A DNA stretch of 64,000 nt from Longimicrobiales bacterium. GTDB lineage: Bacteria; Gemmatimonadota; Gemmatimonadetes; Longimicrobiales; Gaopeijiaceae. Under the pieces are notes generated by a model, which did not search any database, was not told the DNA's origin, and saw only the letters and a list, made by a program, of their open reading frames with translations. The position numbers and the translations under genes were made by a program. Of the stretch, positions 44,638 through 54,108 are shown one piece after another (the first letter of the stretch is position 1; the number at the start of each line of letters is the position of its first letter). The stretch is from NCBI GenBank assembly GCA_963664435.2, contig CAXXKM010000001.1:1280001-1344000 (forward strand), read 5' to 3'.

Positions 44638-45978
44638 ATGATCAGTTCCGGGTATTCCGGCCGCACGCTGCTGCCTGCCCTGCTGTGCGCCGCGCTGCTG
44701 GTTCCAGGCGCTCTGGCGGCGCAGTCGACCAACGGGGACGAACCGGAGATCACCTACACGCGCGACATCGCCCCCATCGTGCAGGAGAACTGCCAGGTCT
44801 GCCACCGGGAATCGTCGGTGGCCCCGATGTCGTTCGTGACCTACCGGGATGTGCGCCGCTACGCCCGCCGGATTCGCGAGCAGGTGTCGCGCCGCCTCAT
44901 GCCGCCCTACCACCTCGACGTGGGTGTCGGCATCCAGGACATCAAGGACGACTGGCGCCTGGATCAGGACGACATCGAGACCATCGTCGCCTGGGTCGAC
45001 GCGGGCTCGCCCGAGGGCGACCCGGCGGACATGCCGCCGCCCGCGGAGTGGCCGGACAGGCAGATGTGGCAGCTGGAACACATCCTCGGTCCGCCCGATC
45101 ACGTCATCAAGTCGAAGCCGTTCACGGTTCCGGCCGAGGGCGGCGACACCTGGTGGCGCCCGCGGGTCCCGACCGGCCTAGGTGAAGACCGCTGGGTGCG
45201 CGCCTTCGAGACCCGCCCCTCCTTCCCCGGCGGACGTCAGGTGGTGCACCACGCCATTCCTCGCCTCCTCAGGCTCGACGAGGAGGGTGACTACCAGCGC
45301 GTCGCCAGCCTCTCCGAGTACGCCATGGGCAAGGTCGGCGAGATCGTTCCGGCCGACGCCGGGCGCCTCCTGAAGTCGAACGACATGATCGAGTGGGACG
45401 CCCACTACTATCCCATGGGCTACGAAGTGCCGGACGACGAGGTCGAACTGGGCATCTGGTTCCACGAAGAAGGCTACACGCCCGAATTCGAGCAGGACCT
45501 GCGCCTCTATCCGCTGCGGGGCGACATCGCGCTGGCTCCGGGCGGCACCGCGATGACCCAGGGATTCAAGAGATGGGATCATCCGGTGCGCCTCGACAGC
45601 TTTCAGCCCCACGGGCACGTGCACCTGCACGCCATGTCGATACGGGCCATCTATCCGGACGGTCGTGAAGAGCTGATCAGCATGGTCACCGACTTCAACG
45701 CCCGCTGGCATCACAGCTACATCTACGGCGATGACTCGGCTCCCCTGCTCCCCGAGGGAACGGTCCTGGTCATGACGGGCTGGTACGACAACACCGAGGA
45801 CAACCCGCTCAACCCGGATGCCGAGATCTGGTACGCGCGCGGGAGCCGCACGACCGACGAGATGTCGCACGCGTGGCTCGCCGTGACCCATTTGACGGAG
45901 GAAGGCTACGAGCGTCTCGTCGAGGAGCGGGAGGCCAAGGCCCGGGTGGTGAGCGACGGGAGCAGCGGATCGCGTTGA
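44638..45978 (+). CDS. Exported heme c domain fused to a copper type II (PHM/DBH-like) monooxygenase domain
   Basis: Signal peptide; CQVCH and MPP; VVHH, AHYY, QPHGH and DEM matching the PHM CuH/CuM ligand pattern; AGGAGG RBS. Confidence 0.75.
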   Translation: MISSGYSGRTLLPALLCAALLVPGALAAQSTNGDEPEITYTRDIAPIVQENCQVCHRESSVAPMSFVTYRDVRRYARRIREQVSRRLMPPYHLDVGVGIQDIKDDWRLDQDDIETIVAWVDAGSPEGDPADMPPPAEWPDRQMWQLEHILGPPDHVIKSKPFTVPAEGGDTWWRPRVPTGLGEDRWVRAFETRPSFPGGRQVVHHAIPRLLRLDEEGDYQRVASLSEYAMGKVGEIVPADAGRLLKSNDMIEWDAHYYPMGYEVPDDEVELGIWFHEEGYTPEFEQDLRLYPLRGDIALAPGGTAMTQGFKRWDHPVRLDSFQPHGHVHLHAMSIRAIYPDGREELISMVTDFNARWHHSYIYGDDSAPLLPEGTVLVMTGWYDNTEDNPLNPDAEIWYARGSRTTDEMSHAWLAVTHLTEEGYERLVEEREAKARVVSDGSSGSR

Positions 45979-46132
45979 CGAAATCCGGCCGACTCCGCGC
46001 CTTCCTCCCGGGGAGCGCCGGGACCGGCCTCGGAACAAGGAAGGAGCTCACCGCGGATGTGGGGGGCTCCTTCCCATTGTAGTCGGCGGCGCATCACGGC
46101 CGACCGTGTCCAGTCGATGCTCGGAGAGAGAA

Positions 46133-47005
46133 ATGAGAACCCTGCAACCGAGACTTGGCATAGCCACGGCGCTTGCTGTCCTGGCGGCGGTCCCGCTGGG
46201 CGCGCAGCAGGTGCAAAGACTCCCGCTCGCGCCAATCCCGCCGAGGGGCGAACCCGTGGCGCCCTTCTTCGAGGGCTGGTACCGGAATGACGACGGCACC
46301 TTCACCTTCTCCTACGGCTTCTTCAACCTGAACACCGAGGAGATCCTCGAAATCCCGCTCGGCCCCGACAACTTCCTCGAGCCGGCCGAGTTCGACGGAG
46401 ACCAGCCCACCCACTTCCCGGTGCGGCCCCGGCGCGACCGCGGTGTCTTCTCCGTGACCGTGCCCGAGAGCTATGCGGATACCAGCCGGCGGGTGGTGTG
46501 GACCATCACGAGCAACGGCGTGACCTACTCCACCCCCGCCCGGGTGGGGATCGACGCGCTCCAGCTCGACTACGGGCCGCGCGCGATGGGGTCGGTGCCC
46601 CCGCTGGTGCGGTTCGGAGACGACGGAGAGGTGGGCCAGCACGTCCAGGGCGCGCATTCCGAGCCGCGCACCGCGGCCGTGGGCGAGCCGCTCTCGATTA
46701 CGCTGTGGGCGTCGGAGGTGTCGGAGCGAGCTCCGGACGACGAGGTGAACAGGGAGGTCGAGGTGCGGGTCACCTGGTTCAAGCACCAGGGGCCGGCCGA
46801 TGAAGTGATCTTCGAGCCGCAGCAGATCACGATTCCCGGCACCGGAGAAGCCGGCACCCTGGTGACCTTCACCGCGCCCGGCGAATACCTGTTGCGCGCG
46901 CGCGTCGACAACTTCGGCGCCAACGACAGCTCGGGGGGCGACCAGTGCTGCTGGAGCAACGGCTACGTGGCAGTGACCGTAACCGACGCCGCCGGAATGC
47001 GATGA
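46133..47005 (+). CDS. Exported hypothetical protein with Ig/PKD-like C-terminus and vicinal Cys-Cys
   Basis: Signal peptide (PLGA/QQ); PFFEGWYRNDDGT..YGFFNLN; FTAPGEYLLRA; DQCCWSNG. Confidence 0.75.
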   Translation: MRTLQPRLGIATALAVLAAVPLGAQQVQRLPLAPIPPRGEPVAPFFEGWYRNDDGTFTFSYGFFNLNTEEILEIPLGPDNFLEPAEFDGDQPTHFPVRPRRDRGVFSVTVPESYADTSRRVVWTITSNGVTYSTPARVGIDALQLDYGPRAMGSVPPLVRFGDDGEVGQHVQGAHSEPRTAAVGEPLSITLWASEVSERAPDDEVNREVEVRVTWFKHQGPADEVIFEPQQITIPGTGEAGTLVTFTAPGEYLLRARVDNFGANDSSGGDQCCWSNGYVAVTVTDAAGMR

Positions 47006-47499
47006 AGCTGCTCGGCCTCGTGACCGTGGCGGCGGTGGTGGTGGCCACGGTGGCTGGCGCCGTCCCGGCCGCCGCTCAGGAAGCGATGGACCTCGACCGC
47101 CTCATCGAGCGCGGGGGCGTCCATGTCGAACCGGGCACCCTCGAGCCCTACAGCGGCCCGGTGGAGCGCATGTGGTCGGCGGACGTCGTGCGCGAGAGAG
47201 GCACACTCGCCGAAGGTCGCTGGACGGGCCTGCACGAGTGGTTCCACCAGAACGGCCGGCTCTCCGGCCGGGAGACCTACCAGGACGGCGTCCTGCACGG
47301 ACCCGCGGAGATGTACTTCAAGTCCGGCTTGCTCTCGGTGCGCGAGAACTACACGAACGGCGAACTCGACGGTCCCTACGAATCGTACTGGACGCGCGGC
47401 GCGCTGGCCGAGCGGGGCGCCTGGCGGTCCGGCAGGCCGTGCGGGGAGTGGACCAGCTTCGGCCGCCCGGTCGTCTTCCCCTCCTGCGCGCGTCCGTAG
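47002..47499 (+). CDS. Exported MORN-variant repeat protein
   Basis: Signal peptide; repeats G..hG....y..nG (GRWTG, GVLHG, GELDG, GRPCG); ATGA overlap. Confidence 0.8.
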   Translation: MKLLGLVTVAAVVVATVAGAVPAAAQEAMDLDRLIERGGVHVEPGTLEPYSGPVERMWSADVVRERGTLAEGRWTGLHEWFHQNGRLSGRETYQDGVLHGPAEMYFKSGLLSVRENYTNGELDGPYESYWTRGALAERGAWRSGRPCGEWTSFGRPVVFPSCARP

Positions 47500-47580
47500 G
47501 GTCACCGGCCCCGGAAAACCGCCGTCCGCCGGACTCCGCGGGCGTTCGCAGTCGAATCGGCGCTCCTGGAGGGGAACTGG

Positions 47581-48831
47581 CTACCCCGCCTGCATCGAAT
47601 CCAGGAACTCCTGGTTGGTCTTGGTGCGGCTCATGCGCTCGAGCAGGAACTCGATGGCTTCCGCGACCGGCATGCCGGAGAGGAAGTTGCGCAGCAGGTA
47701 TACCCGGTTGCGCTCGGTCTCGGTGAGCAGCAGCTCTTCCTTGCGTGTGCCCGAACGGTTGATGTCGATGGCCGGGAAGACGCGCTTGTCGGAGATGTTG
47801 CGGTCGAGCACCAGCTCCATGTTGCCGGTGCCCTTGAACTCCTCGAAGATCACCTCGTCCATGCGGCTTCCGGTGTCGATCAGGGCGGTGGCGATGATGG
47901 TGAACGAACCGCCCCCCTCGATGTTGCGCGCGGCCCCGAAGAACCTCTTGGGCTTGTGCAGCGCGTTGGAGTCCACGCCGCCCGACAGGATCTTCCCCGA
48001 ATGCGGCACGGTGATGTTGTAGGCGCGTGCCAGGCGGGTGATCGAGTCCAGCAGGATCACGACGTCCTTGCCGTGCTCCACCAGCCGCTTGGCTTTCTCG
48101 AGCACCATCTCCGCGACCTGCGTGTGGCGCTCCGCCGACTCGTCGAAGGTTGAGGCGATCACCTCGGCATCGACGTTCTCCTCCATGTCGGTGACTTCCT
48201 CCGGCCGTTCGTCGATGAGCAGCACGATCAGGTGCACCTCGGGGTGATTCTCGCTGATCGAGTTGGCCACTTTCTGCAACAGCATGGTCTTGCCCGCCTT
48301 GGGCGGGGAGGTGATCAGCCCCCGCTGCCCCTTGCCGATGGGGGCCACCAGGTCCACCACGCGCGTGGACATGTCACCCCTGGAGCATTCCAGCCGCAGC
48401 CGTTCGTCGGGATAGCGCGGGCGCAGGTTGTCGAACGTCATCCGATGCCTGGCACTGTCGGGCGGTTCGAAGTTGACGTTCTCCACCTTGAGCAGCGCCA
48501 GGTAGCGCTCGCCTTCCTTGGGAGGACGCACCTGACCCAGGATGGTATCGCCCGTGCGAAGGTCGAATCGCTTGATCTGCGAAGGACTTACGTAAATGTC
48601 ATCGGGGCCGTAGAGGTAGTTCCAGCTCTGTGAGCGCAGGAACCCGTAGCCCTCGGGGAGGATTTCGAGCACGCCTTCGCCGCGAAGGACGACGTCGCTG
48701 TCGAGAAGCTTGTGCTCGATGCGAAAGATGAGATCCTGCTTGCGCAGCCCGGAATAGTTCGGGATGCGCAGCTCGCTGGCCAGCTCATGAAGCTCGCTGA
48801 CCTTCTTGCTCTTGAGTTCGGCAATGTCCAA
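47581..48831 (-). CDS. rho: Transcription termination factor Rho
   Basis: [56 protein letters not shown] start after GGAG. Confidence 0.97.
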   Translation of the reverse strand: MDIAELKSKKVSELHELASELRIPNYSGLRKQDLIFRIEHKLLDSDVVLRGEGVLEILPEGYGFLRSQSWNYLYGPDDIYVSPSQIKRFDLRTGDTILGQVRPPKEGERYLALLKVENVNFEPPDSARHRMTFDNLRPRYPDERLRLECSRGDMSTRVVDLVAPIGKGQRGLITSPPKAGKTMLLQKVANSISENHPEVHLIVLLIDERPEEVTDMEENVDAEVIASTFDESAERHTQVAEMVLEKAKRLVEHGKDVVILLDSITRLARAYNITVPHSGKILSGGVDSNALHKPKRFFGAARNIEGGGSFTIIATALIDTGSRMDEVIFEEFKGTGNMELVLDRNISDKRVFPAIDINRSGTRKEELLLTETERNRVYLLRNFLSGMPVAEAIEFLLERMSRTKTNQEFLDSMQAG

Positions 48832-48978
48832 GGGGAACTCCGATCGGAAAGACGGGGGGACGCGGACCGTGAACACGGCGGCGCTGGCGGGATGGCGTCG
48901 GGGAGGGCTGTGAGCGGGAGGCGGGCGGGAGGCGTTGAGGTGCTTCGGAGGGGCTTGCATCCTCGGTGGGTCGCCGGG

Positions 48979-49007
48979 ATGTTAAGCGGGCCAATTCAGG
49001 GGGTCAA
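48979..49007 (-). promoter_or_regulatory. Sigma70-type promoter of rho (TTGACC-N17-TAACAT)
   Basis: Near-consensus -35/-10 with exact 17-bp spacing on the minus strand. Confidence 0.75.
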
Positions 49008-49033
49008 GGGATCGGAGGGGTCAAGGGATCGGA
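49000..49033. repeat. Perfect 17-bp tandem duplication GGGGTCAAGGGATCGGA x2
   Basis: 49000-49016 is identical to 49017-49033. Confidence 0.9.
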
Positions 49034-49039
49034 GGCGCC

Positions 49040-49399
49040 TTGCCGAGACACAACCGGGAGGGTCGGGGACGCGATCAGCGAGGCTTCCGCTACGCGATCA
49101 GCTACCAGCCCGACTGCCTGAGGCGCATCACCGTGACCCGCTGCCTGGCGTCGGGGAGGCAGTCCACCAAGACCCTCTTCCGCAATCCCGCCTCGGTTCG
49201 CCGGGCCTCTCCGGGGAAACGGGTTCGAACCCGGATCACCTCGCCCGAGCAGGGCATCGACTTCGAGGTTTCGGTTAGCGGCGCCCAGACCTCGGTGAAG
49301 CGTGTCCAGGTCGTGTGCCACCTGCCTTCCGGACATCCGGCGACCAGAGACGACGAGGTCGTCTTCACGCTTGAAAACGGGCTCCCCCCTCCCCCGTAG
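49040..49399 (+). CDS. Small basic hypothetical protein
   Basis: TTG after GGAGG; MPRHNREG...YQPD...GRQSTKTLFRN; fills the gap between rho and mlaE. Confidence 0.65.
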   Translation: MPRHNREGRGRDQRGFRYAISYQPDCLRRITVTRCLASGRQSTKTLFRNPASVRRASPGKRVRTRITSPEQGIDFEVSVSGAQTSVKRVQVVCHLPSGHPATRDDEVVFTLENGLPPPP

Positions 49400-49486
49400 A
49401 AGGCGCGCCGGACCGGGACATTTTCAGGGGCGACCGGAGTACCCAGGGGTGACACCTGGACCCCGATTTCCTCTATCTTCACGCAT

Positions 49487-50269
49487 ATGCCGGGCAAGAC
49501 GCTGGACTTCGTCGGCGCCACCGGGCGCGCAGCCGTACGGTTTGCGGCGACGGTTGGCGAATGGGGCGTCCTCATGCAGGACACCATCCGCGGACTGCGC
49601 GCGGTGCGGATCTGGGGGAAGCTCGTCTTCGAACAGATGATGCGCATCGGCGTCGACTCCGTGCCCATCGCGCTCTTCATCGCCGCCTTCACCGGCATCG
49701 TGCTGGCGCTTCAGGCTTCCTACACCTTCACCGGGGCGGTACCGGTCTACCTGGTGGGCAGCCTGGTCGGTAAGACCATGATCATCGAGCTGGGACCCGT
49801 GCTGACCGGGCTGGCGCTGGCGGGCAGGGTGGGCGCGAGCATCGCCGCCGAGCTGGGGACCATGCGGGTGACCGAGCAGATCGACGCGCTGGAGACCATG
49901 GCCTACGATCCGGCGGCGTACCTGGTGCTTCCCCGGGTCCTCGCGGGCGGCGTGATGTTCCCGGCGGTCACCCTGCTGGCGTCGGCGCTGGGCATCGTGG
50001 CCGGCTGGCTGACCGCCATACAGCTTCTGGACATGTCCACGCCCGAGTTCGTGCGGGGACTCGAAACCTTCTTCGTGCCTTTCGACGTGGTCTTTTCGGT
50101 GATCAAGTCGTTCTCGTTCGGTTTGACGGTGACGTCGCTGGGATGCTTCTTCGGCTTCCGCACCCGCGGAGGCGCCGCGGGGGTGGGGCGCGCCGCCACT
50201 TCGGCCGTGGTCGCGAGCAGCATGGTGATCCTGGTGTTCGACGCCTTCTGGGCCGCCGTACTGCTGTGA
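49487..50269 (+). CDS. mlaE: MlaE-family lipid ABC transporter permease
   Basis: ELGPVLTGLALAGRVGASIAAELGTMRVTEQIDALE, GVGRAATSAVV. Confidence 0.93.
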   Translation: MPGKTLDFVGATGRAAVRFAATVGEWGVLMQDTIRGLRAVRIWGKLVFEQMMRIGVDSVPIALFIAAFTGIVLALQASYTFTGAVPVYLVGSLVGKTMIIELGPVLTGLALAGRVGASIAAELGTMRVTEQIDALETMAYDPAAYLVLPRVLAGGVMFPAVTLLASALGIVAGWLTAIQLLDMSTPEFVRGLETFFVPFDVVFSVIKSFSFGLTVTSLGCFFGFRTRGGAAGVGRAATSAVVASSMVILVFDAFWAAVLL

Positions 50270-51012
50270 TCCGTCTGCGCGGCGTGCACAAGGCGTTCGG
50301 CAGGAAGGTCGTGCTGGACGACTTCGACCTGGACGTGCCCGAAGGAGCCACGGTGGCGCTGATCGGCGCCTCCGGGGCGGGCAAGTCGGTCGTGCTGAAG
50401 CATATCGTGGGATTGCTCGCCGCCGACCGGGGAAGCGTGACCGTCGACGGCCACGAGGTTGGCGAACTGGGGCAGGAGGCCCTGTACGCGCTCCGGCGCA
50501 GGGTCGGCTTTGTCTTTCAGTTCGCGGCTCTCTTCGATTCCATGACGCTCGCCCACAACGTCGAGATGGGGCTGCGCCGGATGCCCGGCCTGAGTCGCCG
50601 GGATATCCGCAGAAGGGCCACCGAGAGCCTGGAGCTTGTGGACCTCGGAGAATTGGGAGACCGTTATCCGGCGGAGATCTCCGGGGGGCAGCGCAAGAGG
50701 GCGGGGATCGCGCGCGCGATCGCGACCCGTCCCCGGTATCTCCTCTACGACGAGCCCACGACCGGACTCGATCCGGTGACGACAACGGTGATCGGTCGCC
50801 TGATCCTCAGGTTGCGGGAGGAGATCGGGGCCACCGGACTGGTGGTCACGCACGATCTCAAGACCGCCTACGAGGTGGCCGATTCCATGGCATTCCTGCA
50901 CGACGGGCGGCTGCGGGCCCATGGCGCGCCTGGTGAAATCCGGATCTCCGGGGACCCCGTGGTCAGGTCGTTCATCGAAGGGGCTCCGGAACTGATGGAG
51001 ACGATGGCATGA
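50266..51012 (+). CDS. mlaF: MlaF-family ABC ATPase
   Basis: GASGAGKS, FQFAALFDS, ISGGQRKR, YDEPTTGLDP. Confidence 0.93.
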   Translation: MIRLRGVHKAFGRKVVLDDFDLDVPEGATVALIGASGAGKSVVLKHIVGLLAADRGSVTVDGHEVGELGQEALYALRRRVGFVFQFAALFDSMTLAHNVEMGLRRMPGLSRRDIRRRATESLELVDLGELGDRYPAEISGGQRKRAGIARAIATRPRYLLYDEPTTGLDPVTTTVIGRLILRLREEIGATGLVVTHDLKTAYEVADSMAFLHDGRLRAHGAPGEIRISGDPVVRSFIEGAPELMETMA

Positions 51013-51995
51013 GACGCAATGAGGTGTGGGTCGGAGCCGTCATTCTGCTGAGCGTCGTGGTCGCGATGGCGGGGAGCTTCTGGCTTCGCGGGTATCGCCT
51101 GACGCGGGGCACGACGACGGTCGAGGCGCTCTTCAGCGGCGTGGGACAGCTCACCGACGGCGCCTCGGTGAAGCTGCGCGGAGTGACGATCGGCCGCGTG
51201 AACGGCATCGCCGTCGAACCGGACGGAGCCGCGGTGCGGATCGGCCTCGCCATCAACGCCGGCCTGCAGCTGCCCGCCGACGCCGCCGTACTCATCGCGC
51301 CCGAATCGATGTTCGGCGACTGGGGCGCGGAGATCGTGTCACGCTCGGCCCACCCGCGCCTCGACTTCTTCCAACCCGCGGATCCCGAGGTTCTGCCCGG
51401 CTTCGCCATCGCCGACCTGTCCCGCCTCACCGCCACGGCCGACCAGATCGCCGAGAACCTCGCCACCATCACCGACCGGGTGGAGGTCGCCTTCACCGAG
51501 GAGACCGCCGCCAACCTGAGAATCGTCATCGAAAACGTGGGCAGGGTCAGCGAGCAGGTGGCCGAACTGGCCGATGCCCAGATCGGCGCCGTCGAGGAAC
51601 TGGTCGAGAATGTCCGCACCTCCACCAACGAGGTCGCGCAGGCGGCGGCGCTGGCGACCAGCACCCTGGGCGAAGTGGAGCGGCTGCTTTCAGGAGGCGT
51701 CGTCGATTCCATCGTCGGCGACACGCGCGTGACCGCCAGCGAGTTCAGGCAGCTGGCCACCGATCTGCGCGAGACCACGACCGGGCTCGCCACCACGCTG
51801 CAGTTCGCCGACTCCACCCTGGTCCGCTTCGAGCGCATCGGGCGCGAATTGGAGGCCGGCGAGGGCACGCTGGCCCAACTCCTTGCCGACTCCACGGTTG
51901 CCGTCCAGACCCAGTCGGTGCTGATGCAGCTCAGCCTGCTGCTCGAGGACTTCCGCGAAAACCCGGGACGATACGTGCGCCTGTCCATCTTCTGA
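51009..51995 (+). CDS. mlaD: MlaD/MCE domain protein with long helical extension
   Basis: N-terminal TM, GASVKLRGVTIGRV, GEGTLAQL, DFRENPGRY. Confidence 0.88.
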   Translation: MRRNEVWVGAVILLSVVVAMAGSFWLRGYRLTRGTTTVEALFSGVGQLTDGASVKLRGVTIGRVNGIAVEPDGAAVRIGLAINAGLQLPADAAVLIAPESMFGDWGAEIVSRSAHPRLDFFQPADPEVLPGFAIADLSRLTATADQIAENLATITDRVEVAFTEETAANLRIVIENVGRVSEQVAELADAQIGAVEELVENVRTSTNEVAQAAALATSTLGEVERLLSGGVVDSIVGDTRVTASEFRQLATDLRETTTGLATTLQFADSTLVRFERIGRELEAGEGTLAQLLADSTVAVQTQSVLMQLSLLLEDFRENPGRYVRLSIF

Positions 51996-51997
51996 CC

Positions 51998-53002
51998 ATG
52001 AAAGACATCGTCGACCTGACCATCATCGGGGGAGGTCCGACCGGCCTCTTCGGGGCCTTCTACGCCGGGATGCGCGGCATGTCCTGCCGCATCGTAGACT
52101 CGCTCCCCGAGCTGGGCGGGCAGCTCACGGCCCTGTATCCCGAGAAATTCATCTTCGACGTGGGCGGCTTCCCCAAGGTGCGCGCCAAGACCCTGGCCCG
52201 GGAGCTGGTGGACCAGGGTCTCCAGTTCGGCGCCGACGTGGTGCTGGACGAGGAGGTGCGCGGGCTTCGCGAGGAGGACGAGGGCTTCGTCCTCGAGGGC
52301 GCCTCTTCCGACTACCGCACCCGCACGGTGCTGATCGCCGGCGGCAAGGGCGCCTTCGAACCCATGGTGCTCAAGTGCCCCGGCTACGAGGAACTTCTGG
52401 GCCGGGGGGTCGAGTACTCGGTGCGCGATCCCGAGGTCTATCGGGGAAAGCGGGTCGTGATCGTCGGAGGAGGCGATTCCGCGCTGGATTGGGCACTGAT
52501 CCTGAAGGACATCGTCGAGCGGCTGGTCGTGGTGCACAGACGGGCCGTCTTCCGGGCGCACGAGACGTCGGTGGCCCGGCTCGAGGAAGCGGCGAAGTCG
52601 GGCGAACTGGAGTTGAAGGTCTTCTGGGAAGTGGGCGAGATCCGCGGCAATGGAAGGGTCGAGGGGTGCACCATCTTCGACAACCGGAGCGATGACGAGG
52701 AGTCGTTCGAGGTGGATGCGGTGCTGACGTTCCTGGGCTTCAAGCCGGACCTGGGGCCGATCAAGAGCTGGGGGCTCGAATCGGATGGGAAGCGCATCGT
52801 GGTGGGCCAGCTGATGGAAACCAGCCGTCCCGGCGTATATGCGGCCGGGGACCTGGTCAGCTATCCGGGCAAGCTCGACCTCATCGCCACCGGCTTCGCC
52901 GAGGCGGCGATCGCGGTCAACAACGCGATACGGCGCGTCGATCCTAAGGCGCGCGTGAACCCCGGGCACTCGACCAACCTCAAGATCTTCAAGGACAAGT
53001 AG
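51998..53002 (+). CDS. TrxR-type ferredoxin--NADP+ reductase
   Basis: [49 protein letters not shown]; no CxxC. Confidence 0.88.
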   Translation: MKDIVDLTIIGGGPTGLFGAFYAGMRGMSCRIVDSLPELGGQLTALYPEKFIFDVGGFPKVRAKTLARELVDQGLQFGADVVLDEEVRGLREEDEGFVLEGASSDYRTRTVLIAGGKGAFEPMVLKCPGYEELLGRGVEYSVRDPEVYRGKRVVIVGGGDSALDWALILKDIVERLVVVHRRAVFRAHETSVARLEEAAKSGELELKVFWEVGEIRGNGRVEGCTIFDNRSDDEESFEVDAVLTFLGFKPDLGPIKSWGLESDGKRIVVGQLMETSRPGVYAAGDLVSYPGKLDLIATGFAEAAIAVNNAIRRVDPKARVNPGHSTNLKIFKDK

Positions 53003-53055
53003 CCGGCGCGCGGCGCGCGGGATTCGGCTTTGGAATACGGGAGAGGGGACGAAAG

Positions 53056-54039
53056 ATGACAGCACAGCACGAACGGGTCGTGATCATCGGGTCGGGGCCG
53101 GCGGCGTGGACGGCGGCCATCTACGCGGCGCGCGCCGACCTGTCGCCCCTGGTCGTGGAGGGGGCGGGCAGCCGGACGATGATCCCGGGGGGACAGCTCA
53201 TGTTCACCACCGAGGTCGAGAACTACCCCGGCTTTCCCAAGGGGGTGACCGGACCCGAGATGATGGATGCCTTCCGGGCGCAGGCGGTGCGCTTCGACAC
53301 GCGCGTGATCACCGACGACATCGTGGAGGTGGAGCTGGCCGGGCAGCCCAAGCGCCTGGTCACCGGGAGGGGGGAGGAACTCCTGACCGACTCGGTGATC
53401 GTGGCCACCGGCGCCAATGCACGCTGGCTCGGGGTGCCCAACGAGGAGCGCCTGGCACAGAGTGGGGGCGGGGTCTCCGCGTGCGCCGTGTGCGACGGGG
53501 CGCTTCCGTGGTTCCGTGGCCAGGTCGTGGCCGTTGTGGGCGGCGGCGACAGCGCCATCGAGGACGCGACCTACATGGCCAAGTTCGCGGGCAGGGTGGT
53601 CGTGATCCATCGGCGCGACCGGCTGCGCGCCTCGGCGATCATGCAGCAGCGCGCCTTCGACAACGAGAAGATCGAGTTCCTGTGGAACAGGGTGGTGACC
53701 GAGGTCCTGGGCGAGGACGTGATCACCGGGTTGGGCCTGCGGGATACGGTGACCGGGGAAGAGAGCACGCTGGAGGCGGGCGGAATGTTCGTGGCCATCG
53801 GCCACACCCCCAACACCGGCTTTCTGAGCGGGCAGGTGGCCCTCAAGCCCAACGGCTACATCGAGCTGCCGACCCCGTGGCGCACCGACACCTCGGTGCC
53901 CGGGGTGTTCGCGGCCGGGGACGTGATGGACGACCATTATCGCCAGGCGGTGAGCGCTGCGGGAACGGGTTGCATGGCCGCGCTGGACGCCGAGCGCTGG
54001 CTGGCGCACGGGGGGCCGGCGGAGAACGGCGCCTCGTAG
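53056..54039 (+). CDS. trxB: Thioredoxin reductase
   Basis: [33 protein letters not shown]. Confidence 0.95.
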   Translation: MTAQHERVVIIGSGPAAWTAAIYAARADLSPLVVEGAGSRTMIPGGQLMFTTEVENYPGFPKGVTGPEMMDAFRAQAVRFDTRVITDDIVEVELAGQPKRLVTGRGEELLTDSVIVATGANARWLGVPNEERLAQSGGGVSACAVCDGALPWFRGQVVAVVGGGDSAIEDATYMAKFAGRVVVIHRRDRLRASAIMQQRAFDNEKIEFLWNRVVTEVLGEDVITGLGLRDTVTGEESTLEAGGMFVAIGHTPNTGFLSGQVALKPNGYIELPTPWRTDTSVPGVFAAGDVMDDHYRQAVSAAGTGCMAALDAERWLAHGGPAENGAS

Positions 54040-54108
54040 CGGCAGGCCTTGCCCGGGACTGGCGGCATGGGAGCCGGCGCTCCCCGAGACCGAATGCTCC
54101 GGGATCCG

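Noticed and set aside
47002..47499. Possible YwqK-type antitoxin
   Set aside because: MORN-variant repeats attract this label generically. The protein has a signal peptide and no adjacent toxin.
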